This document shows, piece by piece, positions 37,726 through 47,003 of a stretch of 64,000 bases of DNA (position 1 is its first letter; every line of letters starts with the position of its first letter). Made by a program: the position numbers and the translations under genes. Origin of the DNA: Minisyncoccota bacterium (GTDB lineage Bacteria; Patescibacteriota; Minisyncoccia; Phycocordibacterales; Phycocordibacteraceae); the NCBI GenBank assembly GCA_035627655.1, contig DASPLI010000001.1, positions 665,605 to 729,604 of the forward strand, read 5' to 3'. The notes beneath the pieces were generated by a model. That model saw only the letters and a list, made by a program, of their open reading frames with translations. It searched no databases and was not told the origin of the DNA.

Positions 37726-39804
37726 ATGTTTCCACACATCCCTTTGTACGCACGTCTACTTACCATAACTGACGGTTTTCTTTCTCGAACCGGTCTCCGC
37801 GCGAATCAAGCGGCGCTGTTGGCGCTTCTTTTTATATCGTATGTGGTTACTGCCTATTTCGGTTTGCGTCTACTTTCGGTAAATGACTTTGCGGCCTTTG
37901 TCTGGCTCCCGACAGGAATTGCGATCGCCGTCCTTTTTCTTGCAGGCTACCGGTTGTGGCCGGCTGTCGCGGCAGGCGCACTTTTTATAAATCTCTGGAT
38001 TGGCGCCCCATTTCTGGCGGCCCTTGGTATTGCGATCGGTAATACGCTTGAAGCGATCGTGGGTACTTACCTTCTCAAGCGGCTCAAGGTAGACACACGG
38101 TTCGTGCGGTTTCGCGACAGCAGGAATCTTGTTTATGCCGGAGTTAGCGCGACACTTATCAGCGCAACTATCGGCGTACTGAGTCTCTTTGCGACCGGCG
38201 TCCTTAGCTCGACCGCGCTTAGTATCACCTGGATCACCTGGTGGATTGGTGACGCACTTGGCGCACTGATCATCGCTCCGCTTATTCTTGCGTGGTTCAT
38301 TCCGGCACGCACATATCTCACTACTGCACAGATAGTGGAGCGTGTAGGAATTTTCGCTCTAATCCTGTTTATGAGCTTCATCATGTTCTGGACAGGCTAT
38401 TTCCCCTATGTCTATCCGTTTGCGATTCCACTGGTATGGGCGGCAATCCGCACCACACCTCGTTTCTCCCTCCTTATGGTGTGTGCCATAGCGGCATTTG
38501 GCGCTGCGGGAACCCTTGTTGGTAACGGCGCCTTCGCAATTCCTAATACCACGCTTGGCTTCCTCTATCTCCAGCTGTTTATCGGCATTGCCGCAGGAAT
38601 CATTCTTGTATTTAGTTCGATTGTCGAAGAACGCTCCGCCATTGCCCGACAACTCGGGCACTACGTCGATTCTCTGGAACACGACCTTTCAAAGTCGCGG
38701 CTCGACGATCAGGCGAAAACGGAGTTTCTTGCCATTTTGGCGCACGAACTGCGTAACCCGCTTGCGCCCATTGTTACGACCCTCGAGCTTCTGAAGCTAG
38801 AAGAAGAGAATCGCGAACGGATTGATATGATCGAACGCGCTGAGCGTCAGAGCATGATCATGCGCCGCTTGCTCGACGATCTTCTGGATATCGCCCGTGT
38901 TGAGCAGCAGCACTTCAAGCTACAGAGAGAAATCGTTCCACTCTCCCAGGTTGTCGAACAGGCGGTACATGGTGTGCAGCCAACCATGCAATCCTTCGGA
39001 CATACGCTGAAAGTCGACCTTCCAGCACGAGCAGCCATGGTTGACGTTGATCCAGTTCGTGCCACGCAGATGTTCAGCAACCTACTCAATAACGCTGCCA
39101 AGTACACACCGCCACGCGGACGCATACAGATCTCTATGCGAAAAACCGGACGATTTGCGACCGTGGTCATTTCCGATAACGGGGCTGGCATTGAACCGCA
39201 CTTGCTCGAACGTATCTTTGAACCGTTCGTCAGCATCAGCCCGTCGGCACGTATCGGAACGGGTCTTGGCATCGGTCTTGCGCTTACCAAGCGCCTGACT
39301 GAAATGCATGGTGGCACGATTACAGCAGAAAGCGACGGACCGGGACGAGGCAGCACCTTCCGTGTTTCTCTACCGCTTGTAAATGCAGCACCATCAGAAA
39401 CGGAACCGGTAAAGACAGGAGCGCAACATGCCGGCCGCAAACATAGGATCGTCATCATTGACGACAACACCGCTGCAGCTCGCGGTCTCGCGCAACTGCT
39501 CCGCTACTCTGGGCACGAAGTTCGCGTTGCGTACCTGGGTAAAGATGCGTTCTCTCTCTACGACTTCTTCACCCCATCGCTCATGCTCATCGATATCGGC
39601 CTTCCGGATATTGATGGATATGAGGTGGCACGACAGCTCCGTCTCAAGGAAAACATGAACGCAAAACTCGTCGCGCTTACCGGGTTTGGCCAGGAGAGCG
39701 ACAAGCAGCAGGCTCGTGCCGCCGGCTTTGATCACCACCTCACCAAGCCTGTCAGTTTGGTCGATCTTGAGGCGACCTTTGAAAAACTCGAGGAAAATAC
39801 ATAG
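37726..39804 (+). CDS. Hybrid sensor histidine kinase (MASE1-HisKA-HATPase-REC)
   Basis: WLPTGIA/WWIGDALG MASE1 motifs, LAHELRNPL, NLLNNAAKY, DNGAG, GLGIGL, DIGLP receiver. Confidence 0.92.
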   Translation: MFPHIPLYARLLTITDGFLSRTGLRANQAALLALLFISYVVTAYFGLRLLSVNDFAAFVWLPTGIAIAVLFLAGYRLWPAVAAGALFINLWIGAPFLAALGIAIGNTLEAIVGTYLLKRLKVDTRFVRFRDSRNLVYAGVSATLISATIGVLSLFATGVLSSTALSITWITWWIGDALGALIIAPLILAWFIPARTYLTTAQIVERVGIFALILFMSFIMFWTGYFPYVYPFAIPLVWAAIRTTPRFSLLMVCAIAAFGAAGTLVGNGAFAIPNTTLGFLYLQLFIGIAAGIILVFSSIVEERSAIARQLGHYVDSLEHDLSKSRLDDQAKTEFLAILAHELRNPLAPIVTTLELLKLEEENRERIDMIERAERQSMIMRRLLDDLLDIARVEQQHFKLQREIVPLSQVVEQAVHGVQPTMQSFGHTLKVDLPARAAMVDVDPVRATQMFSNLLNNAAKYTPPRGRIQISMRKTGRFATVVISDNGAGIEPHLLERIFEPFVSISPSARIGTGLGIGLALTKRLTEMHGGTITAESDGPGRGSTFRVSLPLVNAAPSETEPVKTGAQHAGRKHRIVIIDDNTAAARGLAQLLRYSGHEVRVAYLGKDAFSLYDFFTPSLMLIDIGLPDIDGYEVARQLRLKENMNAKLVALTGFGQESDKQQARAAGFDHHLTKPVSLVDLEATFEKLEENT

Positions 39805-39904
39805 CTATTGACTATAGTAGCTAAATATAGTATATTCAATCCGGACGCACGCAGTGATGCGTGCGATTTCCATTGTCCTATCACCAACACGGGAGAGAGT
39901 ATCG

Positions 39905-40306
39905 ATGGCTACGAAAGAGCGTGTGCTCGCCTATATCGAAGAATGCGAAGTCCGCCAGACGTTCACGTTGATGACGCAAGGGTTCGCCACGCAAATGGCT
40001 GAACGCTTCGCCGACAAGGGGAACGAACTTGGGCAGGAATGCGCCCTCGACCAGGCAGCGCTCTACGAACACATTCAAGATCTCATCATGGCCAAGGTCG
40101 CCGACATGTACGGCGCACTCTACACCGATGAAGAACTCGACCAGCTGACGGAGGTATTCCACCTCCCCATCTCGCGCCGCTCGCGCGAGCTGATGCCTGC
40201 CATCCAGCAGCGCACGGTCGAGATCATGCTCGGTCTCGAAGGCGAGATCCTGAAGTTCACGCTGAAGCGCGAATTCGGCAAACTCGTCGATGAAGCGATA
40301 GCGTAA
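39905..40306 (+). CDS. DUF2059-like protein
   Basis: YTDEELDQL..VF..PI.RR motif; promoter TTGACT-N17-TATATT (39808-39836); terminator at ~40332-40361. Confidence 0.55.
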   Translation: MATKERVLAYIEECEVRQTFTLMTQGFATQMAERFADKGNELGQECALDQAALYEHIQDLIMAKVADMYGALYTDEELDQLTEVFHLPISRRSRELMPAIQQRTVEIMLGLEGEILKFTLKREFGKLVDEAIA

Positions 40307-40420
40307 ACCATCACGCAAATCCCTCTAGTGAAATCGCCCGGCCTCACGCCGGGCGATTTTTCATATAACCACTGCCTAAAATGGTATAGTGCCAGGATCT
40401 AACAACTAACGACACACGAC

Positions 40421-40768
40421 ATGAGCAAGTTTTTGGTACTGTACCGGATGCCGATTGATGGACTTGATGAGTGGATGAAAATCCCTGCAGAAGAACGTAA
40501 AGCTGCAGAAGATCAGCTCAAAGCAAAATGGGATACCTGGCAAGCGACAAACGCTTCCATGATTCTTGAAACGGCAGGAGCGGGAAAAACGAAGCGTATC
40601 GATAACAGCGGAACCACCGATACCAAGAACGACCTCATGCTCTACTCGCTTGTTGAAGCAGAGTCGCATGACGCTGCCGCCAAACTGTTTGAAGGCCATC
40701 CGCATCTGGAAATTCCTGGCGCATGGATTGAAGTCATGACCGCCAATCCCCTTCCTGGGATGCAATAA
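40421..40768 (+). CDS. YCII-like domain protein
   Basis: MSKFLVLY...W..W...YSLVEAESHDAA..LF..HPH...IEV. Confidence 0.7.
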   Translation: MSKFLVLYRMPIDGLDEWMKIPAEERKAAEDQLKAKWDTWQATNASMILETAGAGKTKRIDNSGTTDTKNDLMLYSLVEAESHDAAAKLFEGHPHLEIPGAWIEVMTANPLPGMQ

Positions 40769-40872
40769 CAATCCTGTACTAGAAACCGCCCGTGCATCGG
40801 GCGGTTTCTTGCATTTATGACTGGTGGCGGTATGGTGCGCCTAGCTGTTCATTCCATACGAAAGGAGGAGCA

Positions 40873-41334
40873 ATGGGTCCGCCCATTTTTGCATCCAAAC
40901 AAGGCGAAGAGACTGAGCGCCGATTCTTTGATGCGGCACGGGTTCGAACCCGTCGTACGCCGTCATGGTTTTTGGGCGTCAGGCGTGCTTCGCCCCAATT
41001 CGATACCGTCGGTCTTGATGCGCTCGCGAGCATTCAGCGTCCAGACGATCCAAAACCGATGTCGGTGCCGATCCAGGTAAAGAGTTCAAAGGGCGGCAAG
41101 CGCCACTACTACCGCGAGCACGCAGACGCGAAACGGGTGAAGGTTCCGGTTCTCGTGGTGACGAAAACCATGAGCCCGGACGATATCCGCAAGCAACTGT
41201 ATGCAGCCCTGAAACCGTTCATGAAAGTGCGCCGAAAGCACTTTACGGACTACTTCAAGAGTCTTGCGCGGCGCCGGCTTGGCAAGCGAGGACTACTCAT
41301 CAAGAAGCACATCAAGAAGCAACGCAGAACGTAA
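40873..41334 (+). CDS. Hypothetical protein, possible PD-(D/E)XK nuclease fold
   Basis: G...E..F, D..GLD, PIQVKSS; AAAGGAGG SD; terminator at ~41341-41369. Confidence 0.55.
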   Translation: MGPPIFASKQGEETERRFFDAARVRTRRTPSWFLGVRRASPQFDTVGLDALASIQRPDDPKPMSVPIQVKSSKGGKRHYYREHADAKRVKVPVLVVTKTMSPDDIRKQLYAALKPFMKVRRKHFTDYFKSLARRRLGKRGLLIKKHIKKQRRT

Positions 41335-41372
41335 CAGCGAAGGGCGAAGACCAGTGGTCTTCGCCCTTTTTC

Positions 41373-41996
41373 TTAGGAGGCGGCTTTGGCAAGCGCACCC
41401 TGTAGTGCTTCGATCATTTGCGCCTCGCGCGTGAACTGACCGTTGGTGAGCGTCGTGTGCGGATCCTGCTTGTCGATCGTAATGCCCTGTTTGGCATACT
41501 GCTCAACCAGCACCGATCCAACTGTATGCTCCTTAAAGCCACGTCGACGCGCTTCTTCAACCGCCTCAGTCGGAAACGAAACGCCACGAGAAATGTGAGC
41601 GATCGGCTTTCCGTTCGGCAGCTGAATCACCGCGATCGCGCGATCTTCCCAACCGTCAGCGGTTTCAAAGATGCCGTTTTCAATGCTCACGACCGCCGTC
41701 TCAGCGCGCGCCACTTCGTCTTGTCCGGCACGCGCGTTTGCGAGCCGGTTGAGCGCACCCTGTTCGGTCATGTCGCCGACCGGCTGTTCATCAACGCCGG
41801 AAGGAACTTTGACCCCCGATACGTTGAACGTTCGGTTGGGAAACAGATTCGAGAGAGCTTTTGCAGCCGTATTGATCTTGATCGCGCTTCCTGAGGTCAC
41901 CACGATCGAAGACGGAAGTTCAAAGCGTTCAGGCTTTACGGGATTCCCTTCCATAGATACCTCCAGAGGTTGTTTTTCCGTCACCTGCGGCAGCAT
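41373..41996 (-). CDS. Inosine/xanthosine triphosphatase (YjjX/DUF84 family)
   Basis: S.IK..., VPSGVDEQP, GALNR, IENGI, LTNG..TR. Confidence 0.8.
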   Translation of the reverse strand: MLPQVTEKQPLEVSMEGNPVKPERFELPSSIVVTSGSAIKINTAAKALSNLFPNRTFNVSGVKVPSGVDEQPVGDMTEQGALNRLANARAGQDEVARAETAVVSIENGIFETADGWEDRAIAVIQLPNGKPIAHISRGVSFPTEAVEEARRRGFKEHTVGSVLVEQYAKQGITIDKQDPHTTLTNGQFTREAQMIEALQGALAKAAS

Positions 41997-42079
41997 ACCA
42001 TGCTCCCGTTGACCCTAACCACTACTCGTGGCAGCATCCATACGGACGACTGTTCGTCTGCATACACGGAGTAGGTGTT

Positions 42080-42592
42080 ATGGACTTCCGTCCGTACATC
42101 CGAGACGTGCCGGACTTCCCAAAGCCCGGCATTCTCTTTCGAGACATCACCCCGCTACTCGCAAATCCAGAAGTTTTCAATCTGGCCATCTACGAGATGT
42201 GGGAGGCGTGGGACGAGAAGGCGGATGCCGTTGCAGCGCTCGATGCCCGTGGCTTCATTTTCGGCGCCCCACTTGCGCAAGAACTGCGTGTGCCGTTCAT
42301 TCCGATCCGCAAACGCGGCAAGCTCCCCTATCAGACGCACTCGGTGTCTTATGACCTCGAGTACGGCCAAGATACGGTGGAGATGCACGTCGACGCATGC
42401 GGAACAAACGCTCGCGTCCTCATCGTCGACGACCTGCTTGCAACCGGCGGCACTGCAGCTGCAGCCGCCACACTCGTTGAAAAAGCGGGCGCGACGGTGG
42501 CAGGCTATGCGTTCATGATCGAACTTGCCGGTCTTGGCGGTCGCGCCAAGCTTGGCGACCGAAGGATCGAATCGCTCGTCATCTATCCGTAA
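42080..42592 (+). CDS. apt: Adenine phosphoribosyltransferase
   Basis: PDFPKPGILFRDI, DARGFIFG, RK.GKLP, YDLEYG, VDDLLATGGT. Confidence 0.97.
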   Translation: MDFRPYIRDVPDFPKPGILFRDITPLLANPEVFNLAIYEMWEAWDEKADAVAALDARGFIFGAPLAQELRVPFIPIRKRGKLPYQTHSVSYDLEYGQDTVEMHVDACGTNARVLIVDDLLATGGTAAAAATLVEKAGATVAGYAFMIELAGLGGRAKLGDRRIESLVIYP

Positions 42593-42598
42593 ACTTCA

Positions 42599-42645
42599 AG
42601 AAGCCGGTCATATGACCGGCTTCTATTATTGACATATGTCAATAA
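42599..42645. repeat. Two adjacent perfect palindromes centred on CATATG
   Basis: AGAAGCCGGTCATATGACCGGCTTCT (42599-42624) and TTATTGACATATGTCAATAA (42626-42645). Confidence 0.85.
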
Positions 42646-42706
42646 GTACAGTATAAAATATTTGGGATGGGTGCGTTTTGCATGCCCGCCCGTATGGAGG
42701 TGTCTC

Positions 42707-42985
42707 TTGCCACGTAAGGCAGCAACTACACCGAAGCAGGCCGTCCAGGTGCTCGTGGTGAGCGGCGATCCAGCCGCAATCCGCAAAGCACTGCGGGCGC
42801 GAGGTACAAAGACTGATGTCGATCCTGAACGCGTGAAAAACGCGCTCAAGCTCTACGACATGGTCGAGAAGTTCTTCGCGCTTGGCGGCCGCTTCAAGAA
42901 ACCGTACACGCGCGGACAGCGCGGCAAGGCCAAATCGGCCAAACGGCCAGTCAACGGCCGTCGTCGTCCAAAGAAGGGCGCATAA
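42707..42985 (+). CDS. Small highly basic protein
   Basis: TTG start after GGAGGT; promoter TTGACA-N17-TATAAA; K/R-rich termini. Confidence 0.6.
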   Translation: MPRKAATTPKQAVQVLVVSGDPAAIRKALRARGTKTDVDPERVKNALKLYDMVEKFFALGGRFKKPYTRGQRGKAKSAKRPVNGRRRPKKGA

Positions 42986-43067
42986 TGACAGCTGCCTGCG
43001 TATCTTCGGATACGCAGGCAGCACTTCGTTAAAAGGATGCTATAGTCCGACCAGAAAGGAGGTGCCG

Positions 43068-43331
43068 ATGTGTACCGCTCTTGATCTGCCGCGGTGCCAC
43101 AGCTGCGGCAATCCGGTGACCTACGTATACTACCTGGCTAACGAACGAGGAAAGACGCCTGAACGCTTCTGCACGCTCGCCTGCCTGGAAGGGTTTGTGC
43201 GCCGATGGCTGCCTGACTTCATCCCGCACTGCATGTATACGCGGTCGGATTCGAGCAGGCGAACCATTTCTTTTTCCGTCGTGTCGATCAAGCATCGGGA
43301 TCGCCTTCCCATGTACGTTGACCGGGTTTAG
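43068..43331 (+). CDS. Small putative zinc-binding protein (CxxC...FCxxxC)
   Basis: CHSC...FCTLAC; AAAGGAGGT SD; hairpin after stop. Confidence 0.6.
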   Translation: MCTALDLPRCHSCGNPVTYVYYLANERGKTPERFCTLACLEGFVRRWLPDFIPHCMYTRSDSSRRTISFSVVSIKHRDRLPMYVDRV

Positions 43332-43386
43332 TACGGGCCCGCCCCACAAGGGCGGGCTATTTGTTTCATACGGTATACTTTCCCGC

Positions 43387-44154
43387 ATGGATATTTTCGA
43401 TAGCGTTCTCTTGGGTGCACTTGAAGGCCTGACTGAATTCCTTCCAATCTCCTCAACCGGCCACCTTATTCTTGCGAGCCATCTACTTTCCCTCCCGCAA
43501 ACGCCGTATCTCAAGACGTTTGAAATCACTATCCAGCTTGGCTCTATTGCTGCCGTAGCACTTCTGTACTGGAAGCAGTTTCTTAACTTCAACATGCTGT
43601 TGAAGCTCGCCGTTGCCTTTATTCCAACCGGCCTCGTAGGACTCTTTCTCTATCCCTTTATCAAAGAGACCCTTGTCGGGAACCCGGCGATTGTAGTGGT
43701 TGCACTCATTATCGGCGGTATCGCGCTCCTGGGTATCGAGAAGATCTATAAGGCGCCAAAAGAAGAAACGGAGGACCCCACCTCTCTTTCCTTCAAGCAA
43801 TCCTTTATCGTCGGATGTGCACAGGCGCTTGCCGTCATTCCCGGCGTATCGCGAAGCGGCGCAACCATCAGCGGCGGCATGTTACTTGGCATTTCTCGCG
43901 GCGCCATCCTCTCCTTCTCATTTCTGCTTGCGGTACCAACCATGTTTATCGCGACAGCATACGATCTCTATAAAAATCCCGATGTGCTTGTTGGCGCCAA
44001 CCTCCCACCGCTCGTAATCGGTTTTCTCGTTGCCTTCGTGGTTGGGCTCGTGGTCATCCGCTACGCGCTTCGTTTCGTACGGAAATATACGTTCGTTCCC
44101 TTTGCCATCTATCGCATTATATTGGGCATGCTGTTCTGGCTCATCGTGTTGTAA
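43387..44154 (+). CDS. uppP: Undecaprenyl-diphosphate phosphatase
   Basis: EGLTEFLPISSTGH, IQLGSI, PGVSRSGATI, FSFLLAVP. Confidence 0.96.
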   Translation: MDIFDSVLLGALEGLTEFLPISSTGHLILASHLLSLPQTPYLKTFEITIQLGSIAAVALLYWKQFLNFNMLLKLAVAFIPTGLVGLFLYPFIKETLVGNPAIVVVALIIGGIALLGIEKIYKAPKEETEDPTSLSFKQSFIVGCAQALAVIPGVSRSGATISGGMLLGISRGAILSFSFLLAVPTMFIATAYDLYKNPDVLVGANLPPLVIGFLVAFVVGLVVIRYALRFVRKYTFVPFAIYRIILGMLFWLIVL

Positions 44155-44201
44155 GAAAAAAGCCCCGGATGTATGGTCCGGGGCTTTTGCGATGAGTCGC
44201 G

Positions 44202-44930
44202 TTAGAACAGGTTCCAGAGGTCCCTGCTCACGCGCACCGACGCTTGGGTGAGCTCGTGCTCTTCGACATGCTTCACCGGCAGGTTGAGGCCATTTGCGGC
44301 CGGACCCAGGGTGAAGTCGGCACCTTCGAGCTCCGCGTATGAGACGCGGGCGCCGAAGGACCAGTTTTCACTGAGTGCGAACTCAACGCCGACGCCGAAG
44401 ATGATTCCTTCTTCGATTTCGCTCGTCGAGAGGTCGTAGGGCGCATAGCCGTTGGCAGGACGGCACCAGCCGAACTGCACGGCGGCCGGATCAGGGCAGA
44501 TCTCGCGTTGTTCGAGTTCGTACCAGACCTGGCCGACTTCCGCGAAGACGTACGCGTCTTCAAATGCATACCCGACTTCGAGCGTCAGAGCGGCGACGCC
44601 GCTGTTGGTCGCTTCTTGGTCGAGGATGTTGCCATCGTTTCTGTAGACGGTGATGTCACCGCCTGCCACTCGAGCGCCGGCGCCGACAACGAGATTGTTG
44701 TCGAGCTGCATGCGACAGGAAAGCGCCGGTCCGACCATGAACCCGTCGAGGTCCTGGTCTGGCTGCGCATTCGGAAACGTCACGGTCGTCGAATTGTAGG
44801 TGGTCTCAAGGCCGAGCGAACAGCCGTCCCACCGATCTTCGTTTTCCGCGGCGGAAGCCACGCTGGGCATCGCAGCAAAGCCGGTGACGGCCGCTGCGAT
44901 GAAGAAAGCAGAATGTATCTTGCTCATCAC
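44202..44930 (-). CDS. Omp25/RopB-like outer-membrane beta-barrel protein
   Basis: Signal peptide; WDGCSLG, NLVVGAGA, VGYAF...VFAEVG, GVGVEFALSENWSFGARVSY; C-terminal F. Confidence 0.72.
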   Translation of the reverse strand: MMSKIHSAFFIAAAVTGFAAMPSVASAAENEDRWDGCSLGLETTYNSTTVTFPNAQPDQDLDGFMVGPALSCRMQLDNNLVVGAGARVAGGDITVYRNDGNILDQEATNSGVAALTLEVGYAFEDAYVFAEVGQVWYELEQREICPDPAAVQFGWCRPANGYAPYDLSTSEIEEGIIFGVGVEFALSENWSFGARVSYAELEGADFTLGPAANGLNLPVKHVEEHELTQASVRVSRDLWNLF

Positions 44931-45003
44931 TCATCTCCCCAAAAAGAGCAAACGCACCCCGTGGTGCGCTGTTCGTTCTTTGTAGCATGTCAAAAATGAC
45001 CGG

Positions 45004-45408
45004 TCAATTTCCTTGACATTTGTCACAACGACAGCCAAACGGCTTTATATGATCGTCAAAATATTCCTTCCCGTAATCATAGGTAATCTCTTCGCCTGCC
45101 TGGATCGCGCGCTTAGCCATGATGAAAATGCGGCCCTTGCGAATCTCAGGCTCAGCGTTGGGGCGACAGGAGTGGTTTATGTAGCCCGCCTTGTTCCACT
45201 TCGGCTTGCCATCGATGGTCTTGTTTTTAGTGACCTCAAAGAGATACTTGCTTCGACTCGTGTACTCCTCCTCTTTTGAGATGACTCGTCCAACGTATTC
45301 GATGATGCAGGCTCCTTTCGGAATAGGGCCTCCCGCATACAAGCCAAGTCCGGCGCGAGAGCGTCGGACACGAAGATCAAAATCTCCTGGCTCAAACTTC
45401 TTTGGCAT
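45004..45408 (-). CDS. SET domain protein (lysine methyltransferase family)
   Basis: GLGLYA, IIEYVG, YINHSCRPN, GEEITYDYG, post-SET CRCDKC. Confidence 0.93.
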   Translation of the reverse strand: MPKKFEPGDFDLRVRRSRAGLGLYAGGPIPKGACIIEYVGRVISKEEEYTSRSKYLFEVTKNKTIDGKPKWNKAGYINHSCRPNAEPEIRKGRIFIMAKRAIQAGEEITYDYGKEYFDDHIKPFGCRCDKCQGN

Positions 45409-45433
45409 GCGAAAGCACTATCCTATCGCATGA

Positions 45434-46612
45434 TTAGAACAACTTCCAGATATCCTTATCCTCTGCCCCATCAATCTTGAAGATAGAAACGCCGCGCAGC
45501 CCGAGCTCCTTGGCAAGCGCCGTCTTCTGACGAACCGATTCCGCATCGCTCCACCACACCAGGTTGAAGGTGACCGAGCGTCCCGTTTGGTTGGCGTACG
45601 CAAGCGCGCGAGCGGCCGTCTCCATTCCAGACGGAGTACCTGCCGGTGCCTTGACGCTGCGCGGGATCGAGACGCTTGAATCTTCAGGAATATACGTGAA
45701 CGAAAGTTCGCCAGCGGCATTTCGCGACGGCTTTACGTCTGCGTCGTCAGCTGTGTCTTCTGGATAGTCGCCGTTAACGGACCAAAGCTGGTTGTAACCA
45801 GAGAAGCTCTGCGGAGACGCGGTAACCTGCACCTCCCTGCCGTAGGTAGCGATCCCGAGTACGATCTTATCCTTGTCGATCGTCTGCGCGGCAAGATTGA
45901 CGACTTTGCGTATCCACTCGGGATCTGCAACCGGATAGTACGGAAGCCCGAGGCGCGCTTTATTGAGCTTAATATCTGCGCGCTGCTGGTCATACGTCAT
46001 CAAGTAGACGCGGTCGCAGTACTTGTTGATCTCCACGTAGTCATTTGCGTACTCAATTTTTGCTGGCACGACGGTGTAAAGAGAATCGAGCGGCGTACGC
46101 GCTTCTGTCGTACAAGCAAGGAATTTGGAGCCGAGCGCTGCATCAAGCTCTTTGAGGAAGAGCGAATAGTACGGGCGTGTCTCTGCTCGCTTCCCTTCGT
46201 AGTCGATATCTATGCCGTCGTAGCCGCGATCCTCGACGATATCAACGATGGCTTCGATATGCTTTTTGCGAAGCGTTGGATCGGAGAGCACCGTATGAAT
46301 ACTTGCGCCGTCGCTCCACATAACCGTCGGCGTCACCCGCACGCCTTCCTTCTTCGCTTCTCGAAGCAGGCGTTTCCAGGTGCTCTTGGTCATGCCGCCT
46401 AGGTCCTTGATGCTGCCGTCGGGTTGGACGGCGTATACAAAAGGCTGCACCGCATCAAGGGATTCCATATGTGCTCGTGCAGAGCGGACACCCTTAGCAA
46501 CCGTCCAATATGGCATCCAACCCGAAACCTCAAAGGAAGCTTCGGGTGCAGCAAAAGCACTCCCTGGTGCCAGGAGTAAAGCGGCAAGCAGTGCGGTGAA
46601 AGCGCGTTTCAT
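45434..46612 (-). CDS. Secreted glycoside hydrolase family 18 protein
   Basis: Signal peptide; YDGIDIDYE catalytic motif; LMTYD; LRGVSIF. Confidence 0.88.
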   Translation of the reverse strand: MKRAFTALLAALLLAPGSAFAAPEASFEVSGWMPYWTVAKGVRSARAHMESLDAVQPFVYAVQPDGSIKDLGGMTKSTWKRLLREAKKEGVRVTPTVMWSDGASIHTVLSDPTLRKKHIEAIVDIVEDRGYDGIDIDYEGKRAETRPYYSLFLKELDAALGSKFLACTTEARTPLDSLYTVVPAKIEYANDYVEINKYCDRVYLMTYDQQRADIKLNKARLGLPYYPVADPEWIRKVVNLAAQTIDKDKIVLGIATYGREVQVTASPQSFSGYNQLWSVNGDYPEDTADDADVKPSRNAAGELSFTYIPEDSSVSIPRSVKAPAGTPSGMETAARALAYANQTGRSVTFNLVWWSDAESVRQKTALAKELGLRGVSIFKIDGAEDKDIWKLF

Positions 46613-46657
46613 GATCAGTAGTATACCTACTAAGACGTCTAAAGCGCTCCGGCGTGA

Positions 46658-46999
46658 CTAAATAGTCGCGACAAAAAGCGCGAGCGCCATCGCAAGAAGC
46701 CCAATGTCTCGATACGTCGGCTTGAAGATGCCCACCACCAGAAGAACAGACAGAAGGTGAAGCGCTGCAAGCCCTGACACGACCGGCATAAAGAGGCCAG
46801 TTGCAAGCCACACACCAACCACAAGGTCGAAAATCGCAACCATCTTTATCGTAAGAACTGCGTCTGGGATCATGGCGCGGATCCAAGAGTTTCGGATGAG
46901 GTTCGCCCAGCCTTCTACGTCGCGGAAGATAAGAACGCCGGTCCAAAAGAACACGAACGCAAGACCGTACTGCACCAATGGGAATGCAAGCGTAATCAT
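46658..46999 (-). CDS. DoxX-like membrane protein
   Basis: GLAFVFFWTG...RDIGLL pattern, 4 TM. Confidence 0.65.
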   Translation of the reverse strand: MITLAFPLVQYGLAFVFFWTGVLIFRDVEGWANLIRNSWIRAMIPDAVLTIKMVAIFDLVVGVWLATGLFMPVVSGLAALHLLSVLLVVGIFKPTYRDIGLLAMALALFVATI

Positions 47000-47003
47000 A
47001 TGG

